Part shown: positions 1 to 10,116 of the stretch, in pieces
Layout: each line of letters opens with the position of its first letter
Position numbering within the stretch: the stretch's first letter is position 1
Source: a virus
Taxonomy: Duplodnaviria > Caudoviricetes
DNA: 64,000 bases
Reading direction: 5' to 3' (one strand)
IMG/VR virus record: IMGVR_UViG_3300001580_000011
Coordinates: 1-64,000 of that record
Notes under the pieces: generated by a model
Told to the model about the DNA's origin: nothing
Seen by the model: only the letters and a program-made list of their open reading frames with translations
The model's database searches: none
Made by a program: the position numbers and the translations under genes

Positions 1-1
1 G

Positions 2-409
2 GAAAGAGATGTAAAAAATAGAAAAATGTGGTATGAAAAAAATCCAGAATATCTCAAAAAATATATAAGAAAAAAAAGAAAGGAAGATATCAATTTTAAG
101 ATTGCTGGCATTTACAGGTGTAGAATTTATCAAGCATTGAGAAATAATCAAAAAACCGGAAAAACTTTTGAATTGCTTGGTTGTTCAATAAAAGAATTGA
201 AAATATATTTAAGTAATCGTTTTCAAAAAGGTATGTCTTGGAATAATTATGGTTATAATGGTTGGCACATAGATCATATTAAACCTTGTTCATCTTTTGA
301 TTTATCCATATCGGACGAACAAAAAAAATGTTTTCATTACACGAATCTTCAACCATTATGGGCAATGGATAATTTTATGAAAGGAAAAAAATTGGAGAAA
401 GGTACATGA
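2..409 (+). CDS. HNH homing endonuclease (probably 5'-truncated by window edge)
   Basis: WHIDHIKPCSSFDL...CFHYTNLQPLWAMDN HNH core; frame is open back to base 2, first ATG at 26. Confidence 0.85.
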   Translation, partial: ERDVKNRKMWYEKNPEYLKKYIRKKRKEDINFKIAGIYRCRIYQALRNNQKTGKTFELLGCSIKELKIYLSNRFQKGMSWNNYGYNGWHIDHIKPCSSFDLSISDEQKKCFHYTNLQPLWAMDNFMKGKKLEKGT

Positions 410-569
410 TGACCCCGAACACGATAAAGCTTCCGATGCAGCCCGGGCTAGACAAAAGCAATTAGAGGCCCAAAGAAGAGCCATTGAAAAGAAAATTAGG
501 GCCGTTCGTGAGAGATATAAAAGAGAAACGTTTTCTTCCTAATGGGAGATAATATTGGAGGAATAAAAA

Positions 570-1115
570 ATGCCAAGATTTGATATTGATAGCTATAGGG
601 CATCATTTCAAGGTGGAGCAAGACAATACTTGTTCTACTACAAACCAACATTTCCAGCCGGAATTGTAGGTGCTGATACTGAAAAGGCAACATATCTTGT
701 AAGATCGACTTCTTTACCCGAAACATCTACGGATGAAATCGTGATGAACTGGCAGGGGTTCGATTATAAGATTGCTGGAAAGTATACTTACTCCGATTGG
801 TCTGTTACTTTCAACGTTGATATGGACGCCAAAATTCAACAGATGATGATGAATTGGGCATCTCTTATCCATGACCCAACAACGAACATCTATTCTGCCC
901 CAGCAAATTATTTTGCCGATCAGCAGATTGAGCTTTTGGGTTATGACGGACAACCGATTATGAAGTATAAACTTTATGGTGCATGGCCAAAATCAATTGG
1001 AACAGCATCATTGGATTATTCGGCAAATGACGTTGTTCAGTTTGATGTAATATTCACCTACATTTACCATGTCGCCGACAATGCTAAATATGGTGGAACA
1101 GTAACATTCGGATAA
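570..1115 (+). CDS. Tail tube protein, T4 gp19-like
   Basis: GGARQYLF, ST.LP, G...Y.DW.VTF, GAWP..IG...LDY motifs; GGAGG RBS; followed by a terminator. Confidence 0.85.
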   Translation: MPRFDIDSYRASFQGGARQYLFYYKPTFPAGIVGADTEKATYLVRSTSLPETSTDEIVMNWQGFDYKIAGKYTYSDWSVTFNVDMDAKIQQMMMNWASLIHDPTTNIYSAPANYFADQQIELLGYDGQPIMKYKLYGAWPKSIGTASLDYSANDVVQFDVIFTYIYHVADNAKYGGTVTFG

Positions 1116-1133
1116 TTTTAGTTACTGAAAACA

Positions 1134-1141
1134 TATAAATA
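1134..1141 (+). promoter_or_regulatory. T4-type late promoter TATAAATA
   Basis: Exact consensus, intergenic; gp55 is encoded in this window. Confidence 0.6.
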
Positions 1142-1180
1142 ATAACGTCCACGCTTAGTCGTAGAACTAATGGATCGAAA

Positions 1181-1216
1181 GGGTCTAAAGGGACAATCTC
1201 TTTAGGCCCTTTTTTT
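1181..1216 (+). terminator. Rho-independent terminator
   Basis: GGGTCTAAAGGGA-caa-TCTCTTTAGGCCC stem plus T7. Confidence 0.85.
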
Positions 1217-1230
1217 ATTTGGAGTGAACA

Positions 1231-1947
1231 ATGCCAATAGTAAATTTTGACCTCAATACATATAAGACTAGATTTACTGGTGGAGCAAGACCATATTTAT
1301 TTTATGTGTTTATTCAATTTCCTGCATCCACCAAAAATCAAATGAAGGGTAGTGGTGGTGCAAGTAACTATAGTGATGGTTGGCAAAAATGGTTGCTTCC
1401 CGCCGCCGAAAGTGTTTTGACTACTTATGGATTAGGTTCGGCAACAGATAAATGGCCATATCTTGTCAAGTCAACAAATTTACCAGAAATAACCATAGAT
1501 GAAATTGTTATTCCTTGGCAACATTTAGATTATAAAATCGCGGGGATTACAAGATATGGTGATTGGACAGTAACTTTCTATATTGATGAGCAATACACTT
1601 TATTGGAAAAATTGGCAGCTTGGCAGCAAATGGTTCATGGTTCTGCAAATTCTAATGATTACGGTGATACATGGTTACAAACACACCATGATGTAAACTC
1701 TTTTAGACAAGATCAAGAGGTGCATCTTATAGATTATTCTGGTAATATAGTTATGTCATATGTATTGAAAAAGGTTTGGCCAAAATCAATAGGTGCAATA
1801 TCACTTGATTATTCGGCTAGTGACATTTTGAGTGTTGATGTTACATTTTCAGTCCAATCCATATCATATGATTATAAACCAGATACGGCTGTATCTGATA
1901 TTTTGAAGAGGAGTTACGAAAAGGCAATAAATTATATTAGGGGATAA
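1231..1947 (+). CDS. gp19-like tail tube paralogue (possible tube initiator, gp54-like)
   Basis: Same GGARPYLF/STNLP/DWTVTF/WPKSIG..LDYS motifs as 570-1115, with an insertion. Confidence 0.7.
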   Translation: MPIVNFDLNTYKTRFTGGARPYLFYVFIQFPASTKNQMKGSGGASNYSDGWQKWLLPAAESVLTTYGLGSATDKWPYLVKSTNLPEITIDEIVIPWQHLDYKIAGITRYGDWTVTFYIDEQYTLLEKLAAWQQMVHGSANSNDYGDTWLQTHHDVNSFRQDQEVHLIDYSGNIVMSYVLKKVWPKSIGAISLDYSASDILSVDVTFSVQSISYDYKPDTAVSDILKRSYEKAINYIRG

Positions 1948-1948
1948 C

Positions 1949-2785
1949 ATGAAAGCATCAATTGATATTCAATCCTATAAAGCAAATTTTCTTGGTGGTG
2001 CAAGACAATATCTTTTTTGGACACAAATAAATTTTCCTAGCTGGGGAAATGTATTACAGGCAACCTTACAAAAGGGTCTTGCTCAACGTGAGACAATGGA
2101 AGGTTTGATGGAAGGTGGTAAAGAGGCGGCCAAGACGGGAGCAACAGGGGCAGCTGCCACATTATCTGATACTGCATTTTTGAATAAAGATCAGAAAAAA
2201 TGGCCTTATCTTGTCAAATCAACTAATTTACCATCATCTGATATTGAAGAAATTGTAACATCGTGGGTCGGCCAAACATATAAGATGGGCGCAAGAAGAA
2301 TAGTAGATGATTGGACGGTTACATTTATAGTAGATAATGATGGTGCTATATTGAAACGTTTTTGGGATTGGCAGAATATTATTCATAATCCAGAAGCCAA
2401 TATTTATGGAAAACCTATGTCATATATGGCAGATCAGGAGATACATCTTCTTGGTTATGATACAGGAGAAACTATTTGTGTATACAAATTGTTTGGTGCT
2501 TGGCCAAAAAATATAGGACAGGTTCAATTAGATTACTCAACAAATGATATTGCACAATTTGATGTAACATTTTCATACCAATATCATGTTGTAACAGAAA
2601 AAGAGCAGGGTGCATTGGCAAGTTTTCTTGGTCGTGCAGGTCGTTCTGTTCTTGCTGGAAGTATGGGTGCTATTACTGGCGGTCTTAATAACCTTACTCT
2701 AGGTAATATAGGTAATGCCGGTGGAACAACATCACCACCTGTAAATGCAGATGGTTTTGTAAATAAAGGAAATGTACAATGGTAA
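1949..2785 (+). CDS. gp19-like tail tube paralogue
   Basis: GGARQYLF/STNLP/DWTVTF/GAWPKNIG..LDYS motifs, insertion and Gly-rich tail. Confidence 0.7.
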   Translation: MKASIDIQSYKANFLGGARQYLFWTQINFPSWGNVLQATLQKGLAQRETMEGLMEGGKEAAKTGATGAAATLSDTAFLNKDQKKWPYLVKSTNLPSSDIEEIVTSWVGQTYKMGARRIVDDWTVTFIVDNDGAILKRFWDWQNIIHNPEANIYGKPMSYMADQEIHLLGYDTGETICVYKLFGAWPKNIGQVQLDYSTNDIAQFDVTFSYQYHVVTEKEQGALASFLGRAGRSVLAGSMGAITGGLNNLTLGNIGNAGGTTSPPVNADGFVNKGNVQW

Positions 2786-2801
2786 GGAGGTTTTATAGAA
2801 T

Positions 2802-3617
2802 ATGTCGAATTTTAAAAGGTATCTCAACGCGTATGAATTTGAGACTGTTTTGCCCGGAAGCGGTGAAAGTATAAAATTCAGACCCATAACAACGGGTCAA
2901 ATTAAGAAGCTTTTGGTTTATGAGGGTGCCGAAGAACCAGAGATTATTGAAAAGGCATTGGATGAAATTATTGAAGGTTGTGTTATAAAAGAAGGATTTA
3001 GTATTTCAGACTTATACCTTCAAGATAGATTTTTTCTTTTGTTGGAATTGAGAAAGGTTACAAAAGGCAATCTATATCAATTTCAAAGTGTATGTCCAAG
3101 TTGCAACTCACAGTCTTTACAAACTGTAGATTTACAGAAATTACCTGTAAAAGTTTTACCGAGATTGAAGAAAGAAAAAATTTCTACGAAAGGTAAAAAG
3201 GTTGTTTTGGAGGAACCAGAAGAAACAAAGACACTTATTGGTTGGAATATTATAAAAATAAATAATAATATTTCTTTGAGAATGTGCCCTATTACAAGGG
3301 GTATGCAAATAATGTCCACAGAGTTGATGAAAGCAAATTTTGCCGATGCGAAACCAATGGAACAGGCAATGAATTTAAGTTCGATTATTTTTGCACTTTC
3401 TATTCAAGAGGTGATTACCCCTTCTGGTGTTGAGGGTGATTTGAGTTTGGATGATAAGATATATCTTCTTGATAATCTAACTCAAAAAGAAACTGAAAAA
3501 ATACCAGATTGGTTTGAAAAAAATAATTTTGGTGTTGACCTTAAATTTGATGTTTTATGTCCTCAATGTGGAACAAAAGTAATTAGGGATATTCCATTAG
3601 AAGATTTTTTCTCATAA
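2802..3617 (+). CDS. Baseplate hub assembly protein, gp26-like
   Basis: LPGSGE.IKFRP, LRK..KG, CPSC/CPQC, C-terminal LEDFF; synteny. Confidence 0.8.
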   Translation: MSNFKRYLNAYEFETVLPGSGESIKFRPITTGQIKKLLVYEGAEEPEIIEKALDEIIEGCVIKEGFSISDLYLQDRFFLLLELRKVTKGNLYQFQSVCPSCNSQSLQTVDLQKLPVKVLPRLKKEKISTKGKKVVLEEPEETKTLIGWNIIKINNNISLRMCPITRGMQIMSTELMKANFADAKPMEQAMNLSSIIFALSIQEVITPSGVEGDLSLDDKIYLLDNLTQKETEKIPDWFEKNNFGVDLKFDVLCPQCGTKVIRDIPLEDFFS

Positions 3618-3622
3618 TCTAT

Positions 3623-3817
3623 ATGTTGTGTTGTGGTACGACATTGCAAACGATAACTGAAGAACAGTATTATCTTGCTAGTCGGGCTCATATTAGTATA
3701 GAGGAAAGTAACCTCTTACCGGATTTTGAAAGAGAAGCTTTATTGAATTTGGTTATTCGTGATATGAAAACCAAATCCGATAATATGAAAACTGCACATC
3801 AGCAGCAAAAGAGGTAA
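3623..3817 (+). CDS. Baseplate hub assembly catalyst, gp51-like
   Basis: Small ORF after gp26 with IEE.N.LP.FERE motif. Confidence 0.7.
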   Translation: MLCCGTTLQTITEEQYYLASRAHISIEESNLLPDFEREALLNLVIRDMKTKSDNMKTAHQQQKR

Positions 3818-3819
3818 AA

Positions 3820-6156
3820 ATGGCGATAAGTAGACCTTTATCATCAGAAATACAAAGAACCATCGACTCAATGGGTGGTGAAATTGCAAAAAGTTTCACT
3901 CAAGGCTTATTGAAAGGAATGGCGTCTGCTTTACCTAAAGAAGTAAAAGATATGTTTGGAGGTACAGGTATTTCCAAACCTGTTATAGGTTCTGAAAGAA
4001 CAAGTGGACTATTTTCTAATAAACAGGCGGAAAGATATCTTAAAACATTACAAAGAACATATAAAAAAGGTGAAGATGATAGAAATAAAATATACCTTTG
4101 GTTTTTGAAAAAACAATGGGGCCCATCTTTTCTTAATATGTGGTTTAAACTGTGGAATAATAAGATAATTTATGGTATTAGAAATTCTTTTGAACGCGTC
4201 ACGGGTTTTATTCGACAACAATTTAATGATATATTTGGTGAATTTTCACCTATTATTGATCTTATGAAAGATAGTTTAATCCATGTAAAAGATTTGGTGA
4301 TGGGCTCATTTAAATTTGCTTTGACAGCGGGTAGAATGTTTAAAAAAATTACTAGCAAATTACTTGATGATGAAGGCCTTAAAAAGTTTTGGACGAAAAT
4401 CACCGGCGGTATTAAATCTCTAAAAGATGGAATAGTTAATAAACTTGATAAAATTCACGATTATCTTAAAAAGGCTGGTTTATTCATGCTGGCAGGTAAA
4501 GCCTTTGGTGGCGCAGGTAAAATGGCAAAATCGTTATTTACTTCTACGGGTATGGCCAAATTACTTGGGTTCCTTCTTAAAGGGGCAGTTATTATGCTCC
4601 TCGGTGGTGGCCTTTTAAAAGTCATTATTGCTTCTTTACCAGAAGAACTTAAAGGTGAGTTATCAAAACTTACTGGTGAAATAGCCAAATTATTAGTGTC
4701 TGCTATTAAAGGTGCCTGGTCAGCTGTAAAGTGGATATTTGGTAGTTTATGGCCTGCGGTGAAAAAAGAAATTGAAAAAACTTGGGGCCCCGCCGGCGTA
4801 ATGGGATTATATATTGCGACTATTGGGTTAGTTGGATTAAAAATCTTAAAAATGGCCCGCGGGGCTCAGCAGGCCGCAACAGTTATTGCCAGCTCGGCCG
4901 ATCTTGTAACTAGGATATTAACTAGTGCGAGTAAAAAACAGGCAGCTACGACTGTGGCCACTACTACAGCTACGACAGGGGCAACCGTGGCGGGCACCGC
5001 AACCGGTGTAGGAATTGGTGCCATGTTAAAAAAGGGTGCTAAGTTTTTTGGTAAGGCGAGTGTAGTTGGGCTTGTAATTCAGGCCATTTTCACTTTATTT
5101 GAAGAGGCCGCGGGCAATGATGCGGAGTTAATTGCTAAAGCTAAGGGAAAAGAGGGTGCAGGTTTAGTAGAAAGATTTCAGTCTTTTATTGCGGGGTTGA
5201 TTTCTAATCTTTTATTGGGTCTTGTTGATAAATCAACTATCCTTAATATGATGGGAGCTCCCGGTTCTGCAGTAACTACAGGACAGGCGGCCGCCGCACA
5301 AATTCCTGTAAAAGATTTTAAAGATATGCCCGCAATTTCAAATGAAAAGATGTCCTCTGGAAATTTAGGGCAACAGTTAAATAATCCGGGCAATATAAAA
5401 TCAAATCAAAAAACAGGACAGGCTTATATAAAAGCCGGCCTTGCGGAAGATAGTGGAAGAAAGGCGAAAGATGGTAGCACGTTTTTAAAATTTAAAACAC
5501 CGGAAGCCGGTTGGAGTGCTATGAATGATGCATTACGAGGCAGTTTTACTGGTGATACCGTAGATGAAAGAATGAATAGATGGAGCAATAAAGGGTATGG
5601 TGCAGCCGGTTTAGGTTTAGGTGCCATGGCCAATAAAAAAATGAAAGACCTTTCAGATGAAGAAATGAAAGATCTTATGCATAAAATGGCAACTAGGGAA
5701 GGGTATTATGCTGAAAGTAAGGGTGGTGCAAAATTGCCTAGTGGTGGTCATGGTGGTGGTATAAATGTTCCCGGTAGTTTGGGTGGTAGTGGTATCCTTG
5801 CCGGCCTCCTTGCCGGTGGTGATCCTATTGCAATGGCTATGTTTGGTAGACAAATTGCAGAGTTTGAGAATGAGGTTGGTTTGACAAGGAATGAAATGGG
5901 AACAAAGACTAACGATACAGGTCAAACTTCTATGAATTTGCAGAGACAGGAGGCTTTACTTGCTAAAGAAGAAATGACATCTAAGGCGGCGACAAACGCA
6001 ATGTCAGATTTTGTCCCTACACCCGTTCCTACTGGAACAAGTAGTCAAATTACAGCGGGAGGTTCTACTGGTGGTGTAGTAGGTGGTCCAGAACCACCAC
6101 CATCATTAGGTGCTAATGATATTGTTCAATATATTTTAGTGAATAATGGGGAATAG
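3820..6156 (+). CDS. Tape measure protein with C-terminal NNPGNI lysozyme-like domain
   Basis: Long helical Ala/Gly-rich protein with hydrophobic stretches; NNPGNI...F.TPEAG...REG motif; synteny. Confidence 0.7.
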   Translation: MAISRPLSSEIQRTIDSMGGEIAKSFTQGLLKGMASALPKEVKDMFGGTGISKPVIGSERTSGLFSNKQAERYLKTLQRTYKKGEDDRNKIYLWFLKKQWGPSFLNMWFKLWNNKIIYGIRNSFERVTGFIRQQFNDIFGEFSPIIDLMKDSLIHVKDLVMGSFKFALTAGRMFKKITSKLLDDEGLKKFWTKITGGIKSLKDGIVNKLDKIHDYLKKAGLFMLAGKAFGGAGKMAKSLFTSTGMAKLLGFLLKGAVIMLLGGGLLKVIIASLPEELKGELSKLTGEIAKLLVSAIKGAWSAVKWIFGSLWPAVKKEIEKTWGPAGVMGLYIATIGLVGLKILKMARGAQQAATVIASSADLVTRILTSASKKQAATTVATTTATTGATVAGTATGVGIGAMLKKGAKFFGKASVVGLVIQAIFTLFEEAAGNDAELIAKAKGKEGAGLVERFQSFIAGLISNLLLGLVDKSTILNMMGAPGSAVTTGQAAAAQIPVKDFKDMPAISNEKMSSGNLGQQLNNPGNIKSNQKTGQAYIKAGLAEDSGRKAKDGSTFLKFKTPEAGWSAMNDALRGSFTGDTVDERMNRWSNKGYGAAGLGLGAMANKKMKDLSDEEMKDLMHKMATREGYYAESKGGAKLPSGGHGGGINVPGSLGGSGILAGLLAGGDPIAMAMFGRQIAEFENEVGLTRNEMGTKTNDTGQTSMNLQRQEALLAKEEMTSKAATNAMSDFVPTPVPTGTSSQITAGGSTGGVVGGPEPPPSLGANDIVQYILVNNGE

Positions 6157-6168
6157 AGGCATATAATT

Positions 6169-7332
6169 ATGAGTGATCCGGTATTTAACGCAGAGATGGG
6201 TCGGGGCCCTAATGTTCCCGCAGGCAACAGCTCTATCATCTATAAGGATATGGGTGAGCGCTCCGGGCAAGGCGGTGGTGATCCTGTCATTAATAAAATG
6301 ATGGGTCTTGGTAAAGATAATACTTATAAAGGAAAAATAGATAAACCAACTGCTTTAAAAGCAGGTACAAAAAAAGTAAAGTCTAATCCACAGCCCGTAA
6401 GAACAGATGATCAAAGGGAAACCGCAAGCTCGGAGGCGCCTTTCACAGCGGAGGTAATTTATAGGCCCTCTTTATATTATAATTACAATGAGGAGTATTC
6501 CTCTCATGTATGGCTAAGGTTGACAGCAAAACCTATTGAGAAACAAGCCGCCTGGGCAAGGTCTGATAAAGGACCAATTACAGCCGGTGCTAAAAGGTTC
6601 GAAATTAATTTTTTGGCTCCAAATGAAATACAAGAGATTGTTTCTCATGAATGGGGCCCATATGAAAGTGTTGCTTCAAAAATCGCTGAAAAGGCGGCCT
6701 CCCTCGGTAGATTTGAATATGAATTTAAAAATCTTCAAAATCAGTGGAAAAATTATAAAGAAAGGGCGGATAAAAATCGGTCTTTAACGGGGCAAACAGT
6801 TTCTAAAATTGTGCAGGGCCCGATGGATACACTCCACCACCTCGCCGTCGCCGGTTCTGGTGCAGATATTAGGCAACAAAGAGTAGATACTACATTGGTT
6901 TATAAAAATTCAGAAAGAAGAAAATATGATTTTGTTTTTTATCTTGCGGATGTTGGTGCGAACCTTTATGATGAAGTTATTTATCCTGTAAAACTTTTAC
7001 AATATTTATCATCACCATCAAAAGATAATGATAGGGGTAACGCTTCTTTAGCTGACATTAAAGCCCCCTTCTTTTTTGAATTGAGCACTTGGCCAAAAGA
7101 TTATATAAGAGTAAAATATGCGGCTTGCACTTTAGTACAACCAACATGGAAGGGGCCATATGTAAATGGATTGCCTTCATCATGTGAATTACATTTATCA
7201 TTTGTTGAAATTGAACCTCTATGGGATTCAATGTTTGTAGATGATAAAAGAATTACATCATCTGCCAGATTTAGTAATGCCTCAGAAACATTTGCAACAC
7301 CATCGCCAGAGTCATTTGGTTCCGGTATGTAA
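6169..7332 (+). CDS. Baseplate tail-tube cap, gp48-like
   Basis: RRKYDFVFYL, G.PSSCELHLSFVEIEP motifs; synteny. Confidence 0.65.
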   Translation: MSDPVFNAEMGRGPNVPAGNSSIIYKDMGERSGQGGGDPVINKMMGLGKDNTYKGKIDKPTALKAGTKKVKSNPQPVRTDDQRETASSEAPFTAEVIYRPSLYYNYNEEYSSHVWLRLTAKPIEKQAAWARSDKGPITAGAKRFEINFLAPNEIQEIVSHEWGPYESVASKIAEKAASLGRFEYEFKNLQNQWKNYKERADKNRSLTGQTVSKIVQGPMDTLHHLAVAGSGADIRQQRVDTTLVYKNSERRKYDFVFYLADVGANLYDEVIYPVKLLQYLSSPSKDNDRGNASLADIKAPFFFELSTWPKDYIRVKYAACTLVQPTWKGPYVNGLPSSCELHLSFVEIEPLWDSMFVDDKRITSSARFSNASETFATPSPESFGSGM

Positions 7333-7344
7333 GGGGGGAAAGAA

Positions 7345-7725
7345 ATGCCATCTACGCTAGTAACAGATTCTTTTGAGGACTTGACAGGCCATCCTTTGGA
7401 GGTAGTTTCTTATTTAAGATTATTTCCTATTATGTTAGATGATGATGGGGAGTATTTTCTTAATATTTTTAGATCATATTCTATCAACGATGATCTTCTT
7501 ATTGATTCTCTTTATTTTGAAACATATGAAGTAAAAGAAGATGATTGGTGGGAATTGATAGCAAATGACCTTTATGAATCAGTAAATTTTTGGTGGATAC
7601 CACCAATTGCTAATAAGGTAGTAAATCCTTTTGAGGAATTGGAAATAGGTACAAACTTACAAATTTTGCGAAAATCTATTTTACCTATTTTGGTAAGAGA
7701 AATAAGAGATATTGGAACACTATAA
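7345..7725 (+). CDS. Baseplate wedge protein, gp53-like (LysM-like)
   Basis: YEVKEDD.WELIA..LY....WWI....N...NPF. Confidence 0.75.
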   Translation: MPSTLVTDSFEDLTGHPLEVVSYLRLFPIMLDDDGEYFLNIFRSYSINDDLLIDSLYFETYEVKEDDWWELIANDLYESVNFWWIPPIANKVVNPFEELEIGTNLQILRKSILPILVREIRDIGTL

Positions 7726-9005
7726 TGTCAAATAATCCAGATACCTCTCAAAATTTATCAGATCATAATAATCTTCGTGTTGCCATTACAACACAGTTAG
7801 GTGTTGCTTTTGTGGATATGAAGGATATCGTTGAGCTGACAATGATAGAGGATATTTTTTCCAGCTCTATTGTTGGTAAACTTATTTTTATTGATCGGGC
7901 CGGGGCTCTTGAGTTATTATCTTTCGCCGGCCATGAACCATTGACTGTTATATATGGTGAAGATGGTGATATACAAAAGGAATTTATAATTTTTTCTGTA
8001 AATGCAATTAATTCCATTGGTCAATTAGAAAATTATGATATGCAACAAGTAGAATTATATTTTGTAGAACCTTTATTCTTATCCCTTACTCAAAGAAGAT
8101 ATAGTATTTCTTGGAAAGATAAAAAAATATCGGATATCATAAATGATATTATATCCAATCTGTTATTAACAGATGGAAAAATTGCTCAATTTGAAAATAC
8201 AATTGAAACACTTCCTTATTTTTATATGCCTTATTGGACACCAAAGGAGGCATTAAAATGGTTAATAAAAAGGGCATCGGGGTCTGAAACTTCCATGCCA
8301 GGGTATTTATTTTATAGTAATTCAAAAGGGTTGAATTTTGTTACTCTTGAAAAACTTTTGAAACAAACAGAATTAGAAAATGACTATAAAGGAAATCCAT
8401 TGAGATATTATCTTCAATCAAAGGCACCAAATGACCCTAATAAAATATTAGGGTTCACTACTAACGGAATTGATTATCAATCATTTATTGATTTGAAAGG
8501 TGGTATTAAGCATGGATTTGATTTTGAAACAAAACAAGCTGTTACAAAAGAATATGAGTATTCAAATGTTATTTCAAAATTTACTATGTTAGGTAAAAAA
8601 ACATTGTTCTATAATATTGATGATACGAGAACGAAGTATGAGCTTGAAGGTGATAGCGATGAAAAAACACTTCAAAATATTGCATGGCATGAATTTATTC
8701 GAAGATATGTTCAGCAATATCAAGTTCATATGACGGTCAAAGGACATGAAAGAAGATATGCAGGAATGGTAGTGGATATTATATGGCCAAGTACCAAAAA
8801 AGAAAATTTAATGCATAAAGCCTTGGAAGGAAAATATTTAGTAAAATCTGTAACTAATACGTTTAGTAGTAAATCACAACCATATTGGAAACAATTATTG
8901 GTGCTTTTAAAAATAGCATATACTGATTCAGATTACAAGCAATTAGTAACGGCAACAAAGGTTAATTTGGATACAAAAACAACAAAAGTAGGTAAAGCAA
9001 GATAA
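7725..9005 (+). CDS. Baseplate hub protein, gp27-like
   Basis: EDIFS..IVG.L, P.W.P...L.WL, YLFY, G.YLV..V; directly upstream of gp5. Confidence 0.7.
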   Translation: MSNNPDTSQNLSDHNNLRVAITTQLGVAFVDMKDIVELTMIEDIFSSSIVGKLIFIDRAGALELLSFAGHEPLTVIYGEDGDIQKEFIIFSVNAINSIGQLENYDMQQVELYFVEPLFLSLTQRRYSISWKDKKISDIINDIISNLLLTDGKIAQFENTIETLPYFYMPYWTPKEALKWLIKRASGSETSMPGYLFYSNSKGLNFVTLEKLLKQTELENDYKGNPLRYYLQSKAPNDPNKILGFTTNGIDYQSFIDLKGGIKHGFDFETKQAVTKEYEYSNVISKFTMLGKKTLFYNIDDTRTKYELEGDSDEKTLQNIAWHEFIRRYVQQYQVHMTVKGHERRYAGMVVDIIWPSTKKENLMHKALEGKYLVKSVTNTFSSKSQPYWKQLLVLLKIAYTDSDYKQLVTATKVNLDTKTTKVGKAR

Positions 9006-9811
9006 TGAAGCATAAAATGAAGGATATGTCACTTCCCCGTGAAAAATTGTTGGGTATTTATCGCGGAGTTGTGGAAGATAATAATGATCCCCTTTTAGCC
9101 GGAAGATGTCGGGTTCGTGTTTTTGGTGTTCATACGGAAATGAAAACAAAAACGGCCGTGGAAGGAATACCAACCGATGAATTGCCTTGGGCACAACCGG
9201 CTTATGGTTTAGTTGAGGGGTCCATTTCACAGTATGGATGCTGGGCTGTTCCCCTTCAAGGTTCTCATGTTTTTTTATTTTTTGAAAGTGGACATATTCT
9301 TCAACCAAGATTTTTTGCTACAGTGCCGGGTATTGTAGCCACTGCCCCTGATGCCTCAAAGGGGTTCAATGACCCCGATGGAGTATATCCAGATAAAACT
9401 GGTGTAGATTTCCATCCCGGTGCAGGAACGTATCCACATAATATTGTGTTGTTTGTCCACGGTGGTCATATTATTGAAGTAGATTCAACGCCAGGTGATA
9501 CAAGACTTCATGTTCGCCATGTATCGGGGACGGATTTTCTTATAGATCATACAGGAAATATTATTATTGAGGGTGTTGCAGATAGAACGGAACATATTGT
9601 TGGTGACGAAACAATAAATATAGATGGTACAAGAACTGTAACTGTTGTTGGTGATGAAAATCATATATGGGATGCAAATAGAACAGAAACGGTAACAGGG
9701 AATAAGTCATTGACCGTAAATGGAAATTACGACATAACCGTAGGGGGAAACGTAACTGTAACGGTTACAGGTAATTGCACAGTTACAGCTGACGTAATAA
9801 ATTTAAACTAA
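9005..9811 (+). CDS. Baseplate central spike, gp5-like (OB fold plus beta-helix, no lysozyme)
   Basis: YRGVVEDNNDPL.AGR.RVRVFG.H, LPWA, YPHN, V.G 8-aa repeats. Confidence 0.9.
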   Translation: MKHKMKDMSLPREKLLGIYRGVVEDNNDPLLAGRCRVRVFGVHTEMKTKTAVEGIPTDELPWAQPAYGLVEGSISQYGCWAVPLQGSHVFLFFESGHILQPRFFATVPGIVATAPDASKGFNDPDGVYPDKTGVDFHPGAGTYPHNIVLFVHGGHIIEVDSTPGDTRLHVRHVSGTDFLIDHTGNIIIEGVADRTEHIVGDETINIDGTRTVTVVGDENHIWDANRTETVTGNKSLTVNGNYDITVGGNVTVTVTGNCTVTADVINLN

Positions 9812-10116
9812 TGGGATTATCTGCGGCCAGAATAACAGATCAAACACATGGAACGTGTTACGATCAATCACATAATCAACCGGTTAATACAGGTGGGATG
9901 ATCCTTACTGGCAGTTCAAATGTTTTTGAGAATAGTTTGAGCGCTGCTAGTATAGGTGACATTGTGTTAAGTTATTGTGGCCACGTTGGTATTATTATTA
10001 CAGGATCGGGTAATGTAATGGTGAATGGAAAACCTCATGCGAGGTTATCGGATATACATTCTGGAACATATCAAGGAACTATTATATCGGGTTCCGGTAA
10101 TGTAATGGTGGGATAA
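9811..10116 (+). CDS. PAAR spike tip protein (gp5.4-like)
   Basis: SAARITD, GSSNVF.N, CGH, GSGNV.VNGKP.AR. Confidence 0.9.
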   Translation: MGLSAARITDQTHGTCYDQSHNQPVNTGGMILTGSSNVFENSLSAASIGDIVLSYCGHVGIIITGSGNVMVNGKPHARLSDIHSGTYQGTIISGSGNVMVG

